A stretch of DNA of 64,000 nucleotides from Klebsiella phage KPN8. Location: the sequence record OP079919.1; one strand, 5' to 3'. The notes beneath the pieces were generated by a model. It ran no database searches, was not told the origin of the DNA, and was given only the letters and a program-made list of their open reading frames with translations. Made by a program: the position numbers and the translations under genes. Shown here piece by piece: positions 36,371 to 47,500 of this stretch (within the stretch, counting starts at the first letter, position 1; each line of letters starts with the position of its first letter).

Positions 36371-37603
36371 CTAAACTAGAGCATGGATTTTGAACACAAA
36401 GCCAGTCACAAGGTCGTCGCTAAAGTAACGGTTACGGAAAGCATGATAGAGATCCCCCCCGTTATCGACGCCCGTGAGGCCATTAACGTAATCCGGGGTT
36501 AACCGGATATCGGTACTCCACAGCATTTGATTACCGCCTCTTTTAGAAATATAAGAGGGGAACAGGCCGTTGCTCAACATAAGAGGATGAGCGTAGGTGT
36601 CGTTAACCAAGAAGACTGTAGGGTAGCGATAGGTGATCAGTGGGGTTATCGTAATCCCGAAGTCTGGATTATCAAACACCACAAAGAAACTGTTTTGATT
36701 TAAAAGAAGCGCTTTAAACGTTTCCGCAGTATAAAGCTTATCTTTAGCAATGACTTTGCGTTCCTTAGGATAAAGGTTACTTAAGTCAACGTAATTAAGA
36801 GATTCGAAAATTCGCTCGGGCCATTTATAATGACGGTAGTCGATACGTAGTCTTTTCTCACCCGTTCTTGTAACCAGAGGAGAACCCGTGACTAATCTTC
36901 CAGCGATAACTAACCAAACCTTCTTATCTTTGATAGGAACGTCTAGTTCGACTTCTAAACCAGTGAATCCATCTTCGTCAATGAACTTTATCATATCTTC
37001 GGTAAATGGACGTGTTTCTAAAGTAGATACTTTAGAGAAGTCATAGATGTCGACGTGACTACTATCATTAATGCGGTAGTTCTTCCCACCGTTTAAAAGA
37101 TAGATTCCGTCTTCCCTATTGATCCCTCTAATGAAATGACCGTTGAGATTAAAAAGACATTTCGTGATAAGGTCGTCGTATTTGCGGGTTGTCACAATGG
37201 TAGTTAGTAACAGATCCGGCGCTTCACTAACACTAACCAGGGCTTGACGATCCACGGACAACAGATGATTAGCCGGAGCGATACGATAGCCGCTTAATTG
37301 AGCGTCACCACGTTGAACATAAACCAACTTCTCTCCCGGGAGTTCCGAAGAGAGAGTAAGCGGATCATTCTCTTTTGTCAGCAGCCAGGCTTCAATGGTC
37401 CCATCGAAAGTTTGAAATTCATACTGATAGTCAAAGGCGTTCAGACAAAGTTGTTTACCTACTAATTCGTCGAGAATAACTATTCGTAATTTACTGTAGG
37501 TTTTGAAGTACTGATTGGTCTTTAAAGTACTTAAATCTACAACGGCTTCTCCAGCGTGCCCTGTGAGAGCAACGCCTACGGCTCGTACATACTGATAAGA
37601 CAT
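36371..37603 (-). CDS. hypothetical protein (baseplate/tail module)
   Basis: ORF open to 37633; ATG at 37603 has GAGGG SD and is preferred. Confidence 0.7.
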   Translation of the reverse strand: MSYQYVRAVGVALTGHAGEAVVDLSTLKTNQYFKTYSKLRIVILDELVGKQLCLNAFDYQYEFQTFDGTIEAWLLTKENDPLTLSSELPGEKLVYVQRGDAQLSGYRIAPANHLLSVDRQALVSVSEAPDLLLTTIVTTRKYDDLITKCLFNLNGHFIRGINREDGIYLLNGGKNYRINDSSHVDIYDFSKVSTLETRPFTEDMIKFIDEDGFTGLEVELDVPIKDKKVWLVIAGRLVTGSPLVTRTGEKRLRIDYRHYKWPERIFESLNYVDLSNLYPKERKVIAKDKLYTAETFKALLLNQNSFFVVFDNPDFGITITPLITYRYPTVFLVNDTYAHPLMLSNGLFPSYISKRGGNQMLWSTDIRLTPDYVNGLTGVDNGGDLYHAFRNRYFSDDLVTGFVFKIHALV

Positions 37604-37704
37604 AGCGCCCTCTTCCGGAATTCTATGGTTCATTATTTAAATTCATTCATAGGATCGGGCCGCTTAGCGTGGCGAGGTCTTCTAACCGCCAAACAGGATT
37701 CGAT

Positions 37705-40476
37705 ATGTCAGAATATTTATATCCTTGGAATCCCTTCCAAGATGATGATGACGCCCGTATCACTGGAGAGCTCGCGAGTGTACCCGGGGGAACCCGTGTG
37801 CTGGTCGTTCCTAGAGCCGCTCCTTTCTTTTCCGAAAACTTAACTATTGTCAATTCGGATACTAATGCCCCGTTGGTATTAGGTGAAGACTACGTCTTCA
37901 GTTATCCGTTTATGGATTTTATCAAGAATTATTCCAAAAACGTTTATGGTGGGATAATTCTTCTCAAAGCAACCACTGCTTTGAACATCTCAATAAGTTA
38001 TGACACCATTGGCGGGCCGTTCGTTTTAGATGACGTTGCGTACGCTGAAGCTGTGGCCAATATCATCTCATCCGGGAGATTGGCAGATTGGAGTCAGGTC
38101 GTTAATCTCCCTTCTGGTTTCCCAGCCGATCCCCACGACCATCCAGAAAGCCAGACTTATAACTACAACGAGTTCATGGCTAACCTCACTCTGATGATTG
38201 AGGCGATGAACAATGAAACGAATAACCCAACTGTCCAGACACAGCTGACACAGCACAGTGCCGATAACTTAAGAATCGCGCATCCCAACGGCGAGCCAGA
38301 GGATGTGGGATTAAGCAATCTTCACGATTACCCGGTGGCTCAAGAAAGTGATTTCGACGGTAATTCCAACCAGTTATATATGGTTCTTGGTATTACGAAG
38401 AAACTCATCGATAAAATGTTAGCCGAGTTCTTGAACGGATCGTTGCCTGCTGATTTCGAAGAAACGGTTCAAGAAATCTACGATCAAATGAACTCTTACT
38501 TGCAGCAAACGGCTACGCTCGCCGGGCAAGTTGATAACAAGTTGTCGAACACCATCAACGGTTTGGAAACCTTCGATAATGGTGCGACGCTGAAGTCAAC
38601 CAAGGATATGTTATTCCATACCCCAACTAACAGTTGGTACTATTGGGGTGGGGCTTATCCTACTGGCGGTTACGTTGTCAGCGGCGGCGCTTCCCCTTAT
38701 GATGCTTCGGGCAATCTGATAGCCGGTTGGAAAGTAGCGGGTGCAGTTGAGCTTGAAACCAGACTCTCTTCGCAAACCATCGGCCTGGGTGGGGATATCG
38801 TAGGTTATACAGCAGTGGCTGGAGCGATAGCCCGTACTGTGAATGACCGACTCCGGGATGCGATTAGCGTAAGAGACTATTATCAAAGTAGCGATAATGG
38901 TAACTGGGCTTTGGCTTATAATCGAGCCAAAGCGGTCAACCCTAAGGTGTTTTTTCCACGTCAATCCAGTGTATACATGGTTAGCACCACTCTTGTGGTC
39001 GACTCCGGTGGTGCGATTCTTTCGGATGGCGCAATCATAGGGTCGCCTGTTTCGGCTAACGCCGGGGCTACGGCGATCATTACGGTAATCTCGGCAACAT
39101 CCGCGACAGACATAGAGTTAGCCGGATTTACTATCAATGGCGGGGTTAACGATACCCAAACCACGGCTAATGTAAAATCAGCGATCTCCTTAAACTCTTG
39201 TGTTGGGGTGAGGGTTGGTAACATTAAGGTGGTCAACTGTTCTGGACGAGGTATTCATTTCGATACCTGCACCGACATTACGGTGAGTGATTATCGTTTC
39301 CGTAAATTTAATTACGCCACTGCGTCCCTCAACACCTCTCTCGCCACCAATAGGAACGGAATTAAATTTGTCGATTGTTCCGATGTTTATGTTTCTGGGA
39401 CGGATATTGATTCCGATGACACCTGTATACGAATCAGCGCTAAATCTGCCGCAGTTAACAACGTGAATGTGAATGGTGTTAAAGGGGCCTCCACTACAAG
39501 TTCTTTGGTTGGGTTCGCCGAAGAACTTAATTCGGGATCCACTTATTATTCGCAGAACGTAACGGGCATCAGAATAAAGGACGTTCGTTTATTATACGGT
39601 AAAACCGCAAACGGCGTGGTTAGTGTTACTAAATTAGGGTCGACCTCCGTCCTAAAAGATTTTTCAATTGTTGGTGTGTCTGGGAAACCGACCACAGGAA
39701 ACGGAGTGACCGTTAACGGAGTGACAGGAGTTGAATTTGACGATATCAATGTGGAATCAGTAAACGGCCACGGAGTTCATATCGCGTCTTCGACACTCGT
39801 CAAAGGTACTGTCAAGGGAAGAACCGACGCCTCTGCCAGTTATGGGGTTAACCTCAACGCTGTAAGTTTTTCTGAGCTAATTGCTAATTCAGCCAATAGT
39901 TCGGGATACGGCATTAACTTAGATGGGGTGACTTATTCGGTTATCAAGCCATCGGCTTATAACTGCGGGGCCGGATTGTTCTCTACCTCGGCAGGTGGCG
40001 GATGTAGGATGGTGAACTGTACCAACGTGAACATGCCGGAAGGTAATCTCTACGGTACAACCACAGTATCCTATTATGGCTTGAACTACTCCACAGGCAA
40101 CACCGGATGTACGTTTGGCTTGGATCTGATGTTCTATGGTCTGGTTCCGTCTACCCGTCTCCCTACGGCGTATTACCTTAAGACCCCAGCGGTCAGCCTT
40201 AAGTTTAAGGAAGATTCTGCGGGAACATTGAGTACGTATTCCAATATCGGATGTACGTTAACCAGAAACGCCGTGGGCAACTACACTGTTGCTTTTTCAA
40301 GTAACATGAACTCAACTGGGTTCCAATGGGTTCTAGAAGCCTATCACAACGGCGCACGTAGGACGGTCCAATTGTCCTCAGCGGTGACTGTCGGTGGATT
40401 TAGTTTCTTAACTCAGGACGCGGCGGGAACAACGACTTACGCCGATCACGTCAGTCTGGTCGCCTGGAACACCTAA
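37705..40476 (+). CDS. tailspike with parallel beta-helix (pectate-lyase-like) domain, putative polysaccharide depolymerase
   Basis: N-terminal anchor module (VVPRAAPFF, EDYVFS, PHDHPESQ) shared with next genes; repeated beta-helix rungs NIKVVNCSGRGIHFDTCTDITVSDYRF, GIKFVDCSDVYVSGTDIDSDDTCIRIS, NVNVNGVKGAS. Confidence 0.65.
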   Translation: MSEYLYPWNPFQDDDDARITGELASVPGGTRVLVVPRAAPFFSENLTIVNSDTNAPLVLGEDYVFSYPFMDFIKNYSKNVYGGIILLKATTALNISISYDTIGGPFVLDDVAYAEAVANIISSGRLADWSQVVNLPSGFPADPHDHPESQTYNYNEFMANLTLMIEAMNNETNNPTVQTQLTQHSADNLRIAHPNGEPEDVGLSNLHDYPVAQESDFDGNSNQLYMVLGITKKLIDKMLAEFLNGSLPADFEETVQEIYDQMNSYLQQTATLAGQVDNKLSNTINGLETFDNGATLKSTKDMLFHTPTNSWYYWGGAYPTGGYVVSGGASPYDASGNLIAGWKVAGAVELETRLSSQTIGLGGDIVGYTAVAGAIARTVNDRLRDAISVRDYYQSSDNGNWALAYNRAKAVNPKVFFPRQSSVYMVSTTLVVDSGGAILSDGAIIGSPVSANAGATAIITVISATSATDIELAGFTINGGVNDTQTTANVKSAISLNSCVGVRVGNIKVVNCSGRGIHFDTCTDITVSDYRFRKFNYATASLNTSLATNRNGIKFVDCSDVYVSGTDIDSDDTCIRISAKSAAVNNVNVNGVKGASTTSSLVGFAEELNSGSTYYSQNVTGIRIKDVRLLYGKTANGVVSVTKLGSTSVLKDFSIVGVSGKPTTGNGVTVNGVTGVEFDDINVESVNGHGVHIASSTLVKGTVKGRTDASASYGVNLNAVSFSELIANSANSSGYGINLDGVTYSVIKPSAYNCGAGLFSTSAGGGCRMVNCTNVNMPEGNLYGTTTVSYYGLNYSTGNTGCTFGLDLMFYGLVPSTRLPTAYYLKTPAVSLKFKEDSAGTLSTYSNIGCTLTRNAVGNYTVAFSSNMNSTGFQWVLEAYHNGARRTVQLSSAVTVGGFSFLTQDAAGTTTYADHVSLVAWNT

Positions 40477-40485
40477 GGAAAAAAT

Positions 40486-40749
40486 ATGCCTGTTACAGCC
40501 GTACTTGCTGCCACTGTTAATCTCACTACTCTGAAAGATAAGAGCTTGGAAAATGAGGTTCTCCAAACCATTAAAGAAAGAATGGCTTACGAGAAACCAG
40601 ACATTGAACTGACCTTATCTAAAGACGACAGTGTTGTTAACAGTTACACCTTTGTTAGTGGCGACGCCCTAACCGTTTCCGATGATTTCAGTTTTGTTTT
40701 TAACGGGATCGTCGCGGACGTAATCAGTAACGTTAATCAAGCAACTTAA
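40486..40749 (+). CDS. small protein downstream of tailspike (possible assembly chaperone or accessory), 87 aa
   Basis: SD AAGGA; followed by strong terminator. Confidence 0.55.
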   Translation: MPVTAVLAATVNLTTLKDKSLENEVLQTIKERMAYEKPDIELTLSKDDSVVNSYTFVSGDALTVSDDFSFVFNGIVADVISNVNQAT

Positions 40750-40751
40750 TA

Positions 40752-40797
40752 AGGTAGGGGAGGGCTGACGCCCTCCCCTACCTAGTCGATTTTATGA
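40752..40797 (+). terminator. rho-independent terminator
   Basis: 14 bp stem AGGTAGGGGAGGGC/GCCCTCCCCTACCT, loop TGAC, then TTTT. Confidence 0.7.
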
Positions 40798-40851
40798 TTC
40801 AGGCTTAATATTCGTGGAGTGCGATACTCACTCCATCACGAGGTGAGATCA

Positions 40852-43800
40852 ATGAACTATCCTAATATTCCCGAATACCGTTTGGATATCACGGGGAAGA
40901 ACCCAGAAAACTTGATTCCTTTCGAGCATCTTCAAAGGGAAGATAATGATCGAAAAATGATCGTCGTCCCACGTCACGCTCCCTTCTTTATCGACAGCGT
41001 GATTTTGAGCTTCCCTGACGGCACCCCAATGGTTTACGGAACCCATTATGAATTCTTCAACATCATGGGTGAGCTTTCCAGAAGAACCGGTAAGGCGGTC
41101 GGTTGTTTTATTCGCATTCTGGATAAAACCATAACTCGGTTTAACGCTCGCTATCAAACAGTTGGTTCGGTGTCTCTCTTTGATAAGAGTTTCCTGGATC
41201 TCTATAATACCGTCATAGACGATGGCCGGGCCGTCTGGTTCGACGATATCGCTAACAAACCTATATTGTTTGATCCGGAACAACATGGTCATGACGTCAG
41301 GTACGGGGTGTACGCATTTAAAGACCTCGCAGATGCTTTCGAGCAGATGGTGGCGAACACCGTAGGCGGGGAAGGTTATCACGCCCCATACGAAGAATTC
41401 TTCGTTCAGCGTATCAACAACGCCATTAGTTACCTTTCACAAGTACAAAGTCGTTGCATCGCACTCATTAACGAACACGCCGGTAACAAGATCAACGTGC
41501 ATGGGATCGATAATGTTAAAGTGGGATTAGGTAACGTTGATAACATTGGGACTTATACTTCCGATAATTGGGGGGACGCCATCGATGATAAACATCGCAT
41601 AACCCCGGGGTATCTGAAAAAGTTAGCTGAAAACACCACTGTTGATCTTAGCAACTTAGTCCAGCCCGGTGTTCTCCCAATTGCACGCTACGGTGAAAAC
41701 TTTTACATCCCTCCGGTCATCGATGGATCTTTTAAAGGCGTCGGGACCCGCCAACCTTGGCGAGTGGCATGTTTAGAAAGAAACGGTTATTTAGTAGCAA
41801 TAGGTAATTACAAGGATGTCAATACGGACGTTTTGATGTACATGTATAACAAAACACCGTTTGTTTCTCCGGCCAATTCCAGTAATTGGATAAATACACG
41901 TTACGAATATAAACCCACTCGTGCCGTTGAAGATGACGTTAAACTCACCACAGTTATTAAAGGCGGTGATTACCGTTGGATGATCGTAGGTAACGACCAA
42001 ACCAACAAGTGGTATGTAGTTAACTGCAATTCCACATTCAATCCGGTTAGTCACGTTCTCACGCCAATCAGCAATGTGGACTTTTTCTCCAACATTAGCC
42101 ATATCAGAATGTCCGTTTGCGGAGAGAGCATTTATCTGTTCAAGATTACGGATACCCAAGCCGACGGACGTAAATATGTGACGATGAGGAAGATCGACGT
42201 AAGTTCTGTTGACGTTAACACGGAAAGTGTCGCTCTGACTACACCTTCGCTTATTTACACCGATTCATCTAATGCCAGCAAAACATCCACCACCGGGGTT
42301 TTCGATCCTTTCGTTGTTACCAAAGACGGGTCTAATAAAGTCACTAAAGTGTTGGGTAGCTTTAACCCAGTATTGGACTATATTGAAATGGAAAGGGATA
42401 TTCATATTGAAATGATTCCTGATCCAACTAACCCCACAGTAAGTTATATGCGTTGGTGGACCCCCTGTATGCATCATCTGGGGACTAAGGCAGTAACGAC
42501 GACTTACTCCCCGTCCTGGAAATTGCAGGAGAGTGGTGGGTTTACAACGATGACGTGGACAAAAGGACTGGGGTCCGCTACGATGAACATCACTGCGTGG
42601 GATTTAAATTACGCGCCGTGGATGGGTAATCAAAATACAGCGAATACCGACTTCTTCAAGCAAACCTCATCGTGGTTCCACTCACCGGCAATGGGTAACG
42701 GGTTTACTGGTTCGTCTTCAATACTGTCCAATGATGCAAGATTCTCATGCGCGTCGACTCACTGGAACTTCTTCCCGTTATTGACAGCAACGAGCATGTC
42801 GGACTTCTTTACGTCTAGTGACCCTTCCACATTTACGACTGCCGATCCGGCAATAACAAATATGGATGTTAATGAAGCCGGTGGTTATAACCTGAGAACT
42901 TTACAGTGTGGTATTACCAATACCACCGTGTACGGCTCAGCTCCCGCTTCCAGTTGCCACTCTACTTTACCCTTTACTGAGGCGAATAACTCGATAACAC
43001 ATTATGAACTTATTAAGTCAGAAGTTAATGACGATACCTTTGTTCATACGGCTAAATTGAGAACGGGTGATAGAACAACGGCTTCTGTATACGACGCCAA
43101 CACTTATTACCATATGAGTTACACCAACGACATTTATAAAACCAACATCCCTCCAAGGGGTGTACGTGTTTCTTACGTTGATGAAATGAATACGACTAAT
43201 AAGGGAGAGACGTTCTTCTCAGTGACTGGCGGGACGGTTTATAGTCTTGGTACCGGGCTTCAGGATAATCTGTTAACTCACTCTTTCACTACGACCAGAG
43301 ATTCTTCTACCAGGACGTTGTCGTTTAATCCATCTCTGTATGTTCAAATTACTAATGCTTTGGTTTTGTCTTTAGTAACAGCGAACTTCCCAAATGCGGC
43401 GGCTTACTATCAGAAAGCTTGGACTTTGTTATGGGTGCCAGGGAAAGAGAGTATTATAGCTCCTATGCTGATCGTAGAGTGGATGGGTACGGGTTCTGAT
43501 ACTAACGCTTATATCGGCGTGATGACGTTAAACGTGGTTAAAAACCCAACGCTGGCCGCTAACCAAACTGCGACTGTGAATGGTGTAAAAACCTGCGTAA
43601 TGAATGTAGGTGATTTGACAGTAGTCAACAAATATACTGTGGCGAACGGAACCTATTCTGGTGATCGTTCTTGGTTTGATGCGATTGGCAACCACTACAT
43701 CAACTCAGGATATTTTACTGTTTATCGCAATGCGTCTGGCGAAGTCTCTTTCTATTGGGGTTCTACCAACTCTAAGAACTACGGAAGTGCGACCAGTTAT

Positions 43801-44466
43801 GGTGTGGCTAAAACGGCATATCTCTCAGGTAAAATGTCGGGACCGACAGTTATTTCTGCTATTAATAACTACCCTGGCGGAAGAGATATGTTGGGATCCG
43901 TCGTCTACGCGTTAAAAGGTGTCGGTTTATTACTGATTTCCGATACGATGGCTACCGATATCTTTGTGGGCGGCGGCATTACTCCGGCTAAGCTGGCGGG
44001 TAGCACCTACCAGTCAGTTCTGGATGGATATGCTAACACAACGCTGTTAGGATCGTTCTACATCGTTGCCGACATCATCCCGGTCAATCAATGGACGTTG
44101 TTCTTCTCAGCGAGTAAGATCGTTTTGAAAGGAACCTATTTTGAGCTCCCCGTTGGTACTCTGACATTAACAGATTACTTCACCAATGTTCAAAATAAAA
44201 CGTTCTATTTGTTTTTAAAACTCACTGAAGGTAGCCCGGTATATGAGTTGTCATCAACTATGTTGTCGGAAACCTCGACGTGTATGTTGATAGCGACGGT
44301 CACTACCGATGCCTTCAGCATTGTTTCTGTAGATACACAAAAGGTCTTTTCAATGACCGGCTATCGCGTATCGTCTCAAGCTATCGGTTCGATCATACCT
44401 GGGTCGACCGGGGGGATCAACGAATTGGGCGAGACACCGTGGCTGTCGTCTACCTTGGTTGATTAA
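40852..44466 (+). CDS. tail fiber / receptor-binding protein 2 (1205 aa)
   Basis: SD GAGGTGA; N-terminal anchor module VVPRHAPFF, THYEF, EQHGHDVRYG and GLGNVDN motif as in neighbours; Ser/Thr/Asn-rich distal part. Confidence 0.7.
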   Translation: MNYPNIPEYRLDITGKNPENLIPFEHLQREDNDRKMIVVPRHAPFFIDSVILSFPDGTPMVYGTHYEFFNIMGELSRRTGKAVGCFIRILDKTITRFNARYQTVGSVSLFDKSFLDLYNTVIDDGRAVWFDDIANKPILFDPEQHGHDVRYGVYAFKDLADAFEQMVANTVGGEGYHAPYEEFFVQRINNAISYLSQVQSRCIALINEHAGNKINVHGIDNVKVGLGNVDNIGTYTSDNWGDAIDDKHRITPGYLKKLAENTTVDLSNLVQPGVLPIARYGENFYIPPVIDGSFKGVGTRQPWRVACLERNGYLVAIGNYKDVNTDVLMYMYNKTPFVSPANSSNWINTRYEYKPTRAVEDDVKLTTVIKGGDYRWMIVGNDQTNKWYVVNCNSTFNPVSHVLTPISNVDFFSNISHIRMSVCGESIYLFKITDTQADGRKYVTMRKIDVSSVDVNTESVALTTPSLIYTDSSNASKTSTTGVFDPFVVTKDGSNKVTKVLGSFNPVLDYIEMERDIHIEMIPDPTNPTVSYMRWWTPCMHHLGTKAVTTTYSPSWKLQESGGFTTMTWTKGLGSATMNITAWDLNYAPWMGNQNTANTDFFKQTSSWFHSPAMGNGFTGSSSILSNDARFSCASTHWNFFPLLTATSMSDFFTSSDPSTFTTADPAITNMDVNEAGGYNLRTLQCGITNTTVYGSAPASSCHSTLPFTEANNSITHYELIKSEVNDDTFVHTAKLRTGDRTTASVYDANTYYHMSYTNDIYKTNIPPRGVRVSYVDEMNTTNKGETFFSVTGGTVYSLGTGLQDNLLTHSFTTTRDSSTRTLSFNPSLYVQITNALVLSLVTANFPNAAAYYQKAWTLLWVPGKESIIAPMLIVEWMGTGSDTNAYIGVMTLNVVKNPTLAANQTATVNGVKTCVMNVGDLTVVNKYTVANGTYSGDRSWFDAIGNHYINSGYFTVYRNASGEVSFYWGSTNSKNYGSATSYGVAKTAYLSGKMSGPTVISAINNYPGGRDMLGSVVYALKGVGLLLISDTMATDIFVGGGITPAKLAGSTYQSVLDGYANTTLLGSFYIVADIIPVNQWTLFFSASKIVLKGTYFELPVGTLTLTDYFTNVQNKTFYLFLKLTEGSPVYELSSTMLSETSTCMLIATVTTDAFSIVSVDTQKVFSMTGYRVSSQAIGSIIPGSTGGINELGETPWLSSTLVD

Positions 44467-44472
44467 CCCTTT

Positions 44473-44503
44473 AAAAGGAGGGATCCCCCTCCTTTTATTT
44501 TTA
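44473..44503 (+). terminator. rho-independent terminator
   Basis: AAAAGGAGGGATCCCCCTCCTTTT hairpin then TTATTTTTAT. Confidence 0.75.
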
Positions 44504-44513
44504 TAGGTGTAAT

Positions 44514-47500
44514 ATGTCTGACTTTAAAATCCTATCTTTCGATCCCAGAGGGGATAACGCAGATAATCTGTTAACCGAGCAGGTGACGTTGGATGACACC
44601 ACCCTCGATTACATTAAACCGGATTACAGTCCATTTTATTCTAGTACCGTGGTTATTGCTGATAAAGACGGTCAGGTGAGAAGCGAAGGGACAGATTATG
44701 TTCTGGAAGGTTTAGTCGTCCCACTGGTAAAGACTTCCGGTAAGGACGTGAAGGCTTACATCAGAATCGTCAATACAGAACTCTATGCTAAGTCCCCACT
44801 AAGTATTCAGTATCACTCTTGCGGGATTAACCACTTTCCGAGAGATATGGTTAAGAACACCCCAACTGGGTCAGAAGGTAACAACCTCCCTGTCGATTGG
44901 AATACGCAAGTTTTAGGCAAACCCGATTCTTATCCTTTTAAACCGCATATTCATAACGTTGAGACTGAAATAGCGGCGTGGACTGACTTGGCCGATGAAA
45001 TAGAAGAGATTTATCAATATAGAAAAAATCACATCCTCGCCAAGTATCAGGAATTAAAAGGGTTAAGCGACGCGGTTTGGGCAGCGACCGATATCACCGC
45101 CAAGCAGCTCCGCGATAATGTGATGAACCACGATCGCGATCTTGATAACCCTCATGACGTTGATGCCGCTGACGTTTTACTTGGTAACGTGGATAACTTC
45201 GCTACGGCCACCGCCAATGACGAACTCCTGGGATTAGCCGACAAGTTCTCAACCCCCCTGGGGGCGCAGTCTATACTTAATAATTCATTACAAAGTACGG
45301 ACGGTTATCATCACATTGGTCGGCTCCCTCTTTCTTATTACGGAACTGATTTTTATATCCCCCCTCCGATAGAGGGAGACTTTAAAGGGATGTGGACTAA
45401 CTGTGAAACGGCCGGATTCTGTTTGGAAGATAACGGGACGTTAATGATGCTTGCCAATGCGTCCGATGGGAAGCACAACGGTCTGTTTTACACCACCATT
45501 GAAAATTGGGATAGCACCAATCCAAAAGTCAGATATACCGGTTATCCTTACCAATGGGGGAATTTGGATTACCGTAAACTCAACGCCATTGTTGAAGGCT
45601 CTGGTAAAGACGTGATGATCGTAGGGAACCGTGTTTCTCAGGATTGGTACATTACTCTGACCAAAGGGACCTTCGACCCAGCGAAACACAATCTGCACAA
45701 AATCTCTTTCGATACCACCCCTCCTGGGATGTGGGACAATTATGTCGTTAACGAAAGATTCCCTTGGTTCGATATCAGCAAGGTTTTTGTTGCAGGGAAC
45801 TATGTTTGGCTGATGTATCTCAACCATCAGTATTTTAGCAATGAGTTGAGGATGGCTAAGGATCTTTATTTTTATCGCATCCCTTTATCAGCCTTTGATA
45901 CTGATGGTCCGTTGGTATTCCAGGCGGTAACTCTGACAAGCGCGCATAACGTTTTCGGGACATTATTCTCTAACGTTAAACCGCTTAGAATGACGGATCC
46001 TGTTAAGAAGTCCAACGGGTATTATAACAATAGTTGGTGCAGAACTTCCCTGGATCTCGTCTCGTCTTACCAGTGGATAAAATCAGTCATCATCCCGACA
46101 GATTACGACGCAACGTCCAACAAGAAGCTGATTTATTTAGAAACTAGAATGCATAACTATTATTATAATGGTTCTGTTTATAACTTCTATACTCCGGCGC
46201 TGCAGTTCATTTATATCTTTGATCCCGATAATAACACATTTTTACTCCATCCTGATAGCGGAAGAAACTACCTAATTGATTTGGGGAACACTTCCAATAA
46301 TCCCCAGAGGGTAGAGGGGAGAATGGGTAATGGAGATAACTGGGTTAACATCGGTAGGAGTCAAAGGCCTAGTATCTGTGCGATGAACGGCTACATTGTA
46401 AAATCGGAGATAAATCAGACTTACACCACCTTTAAATTAAAAACTGATTTACTCAGTTGGTTCAAAGACCCTTATTCTGGAGCAACAGGTGGAACAAATG
46501 CATTAACCTACATCAAGAAGTCTTATCCGATGGTAGAGCCTCCTGGAGCCGTCCAATCGAGTTATTTTGATGGCGCGGAGATCTATGGGGTTTATGGCCC
46601 TGATCCGACTAAGGTTAATAATGGCTCGATTAGAATGGGTTTATATCTCAGAACTGGGTTAGGTGATTATTCGAACCATCCGGAGATGCGCTGGGATAAC
46701 ACCAATCTCATGATACGTCTTCCTAGTAACCAGGATTTCAAAATTGCAGGTGGGGGGAACTATGCGAGATGCAGTGTCACCGGTGATGCGGCCGCTTTAA
46801 CCGCCGCCGGGACAACGATAGGTTGGACCGGATTCAGTGTTTATGAGGACCGGGGCATTTTCGATAAATTCACCAACTGGCCCGCTCAGCCAAGTAATCA
46901 GGTGGTTTTACCCGGGAACATCACCTGGGATACAAGTATTCCTGGGGTCGCGACAGCCCAGGTGAATTCTACGGTGAAATACCCAACCACCATTGTTAAC
47001 CAGATTAAAGCGGTGTTGACTAATGGTATCGGGGCGACGAAATATTCATCGTTCACGCTTTACGATTTCACCTATTCCCCGTTTGCGGACGTCTATTCGG
47101 TAGCCACCCTTTTCTATACGAAGCCTGGATCTGCTGGATTGTGGACAAGGTTTATTTTGTTTAAACCTACGGTAACAACGTCCGGTACCGTAAAAACGGT
47201 GACGGGTTATTCGGTTCTGTACAACTCCGGTGAAGTGGTCAACGATGGCTCGAGGTTCTTCGCAAACATAGATATGACTTATTTTAGGGGATATGACACC
47301 TATCCCATAGTAGAAGTTTATGTCAATAAAACCACCGGGATCCATTACTACAACATTTATCCGGGCGTTTGTTTCTATCCGTCAGGAAGTACGACAGCAT
47401 ACGCGGTTTCTTATATCGTCCAATCCCGTATACAGCTGCAGAGAGCGACCTCTAACAACGCTATTACTGTTACCGAAAACACAACAAGACCTACTTGGTA

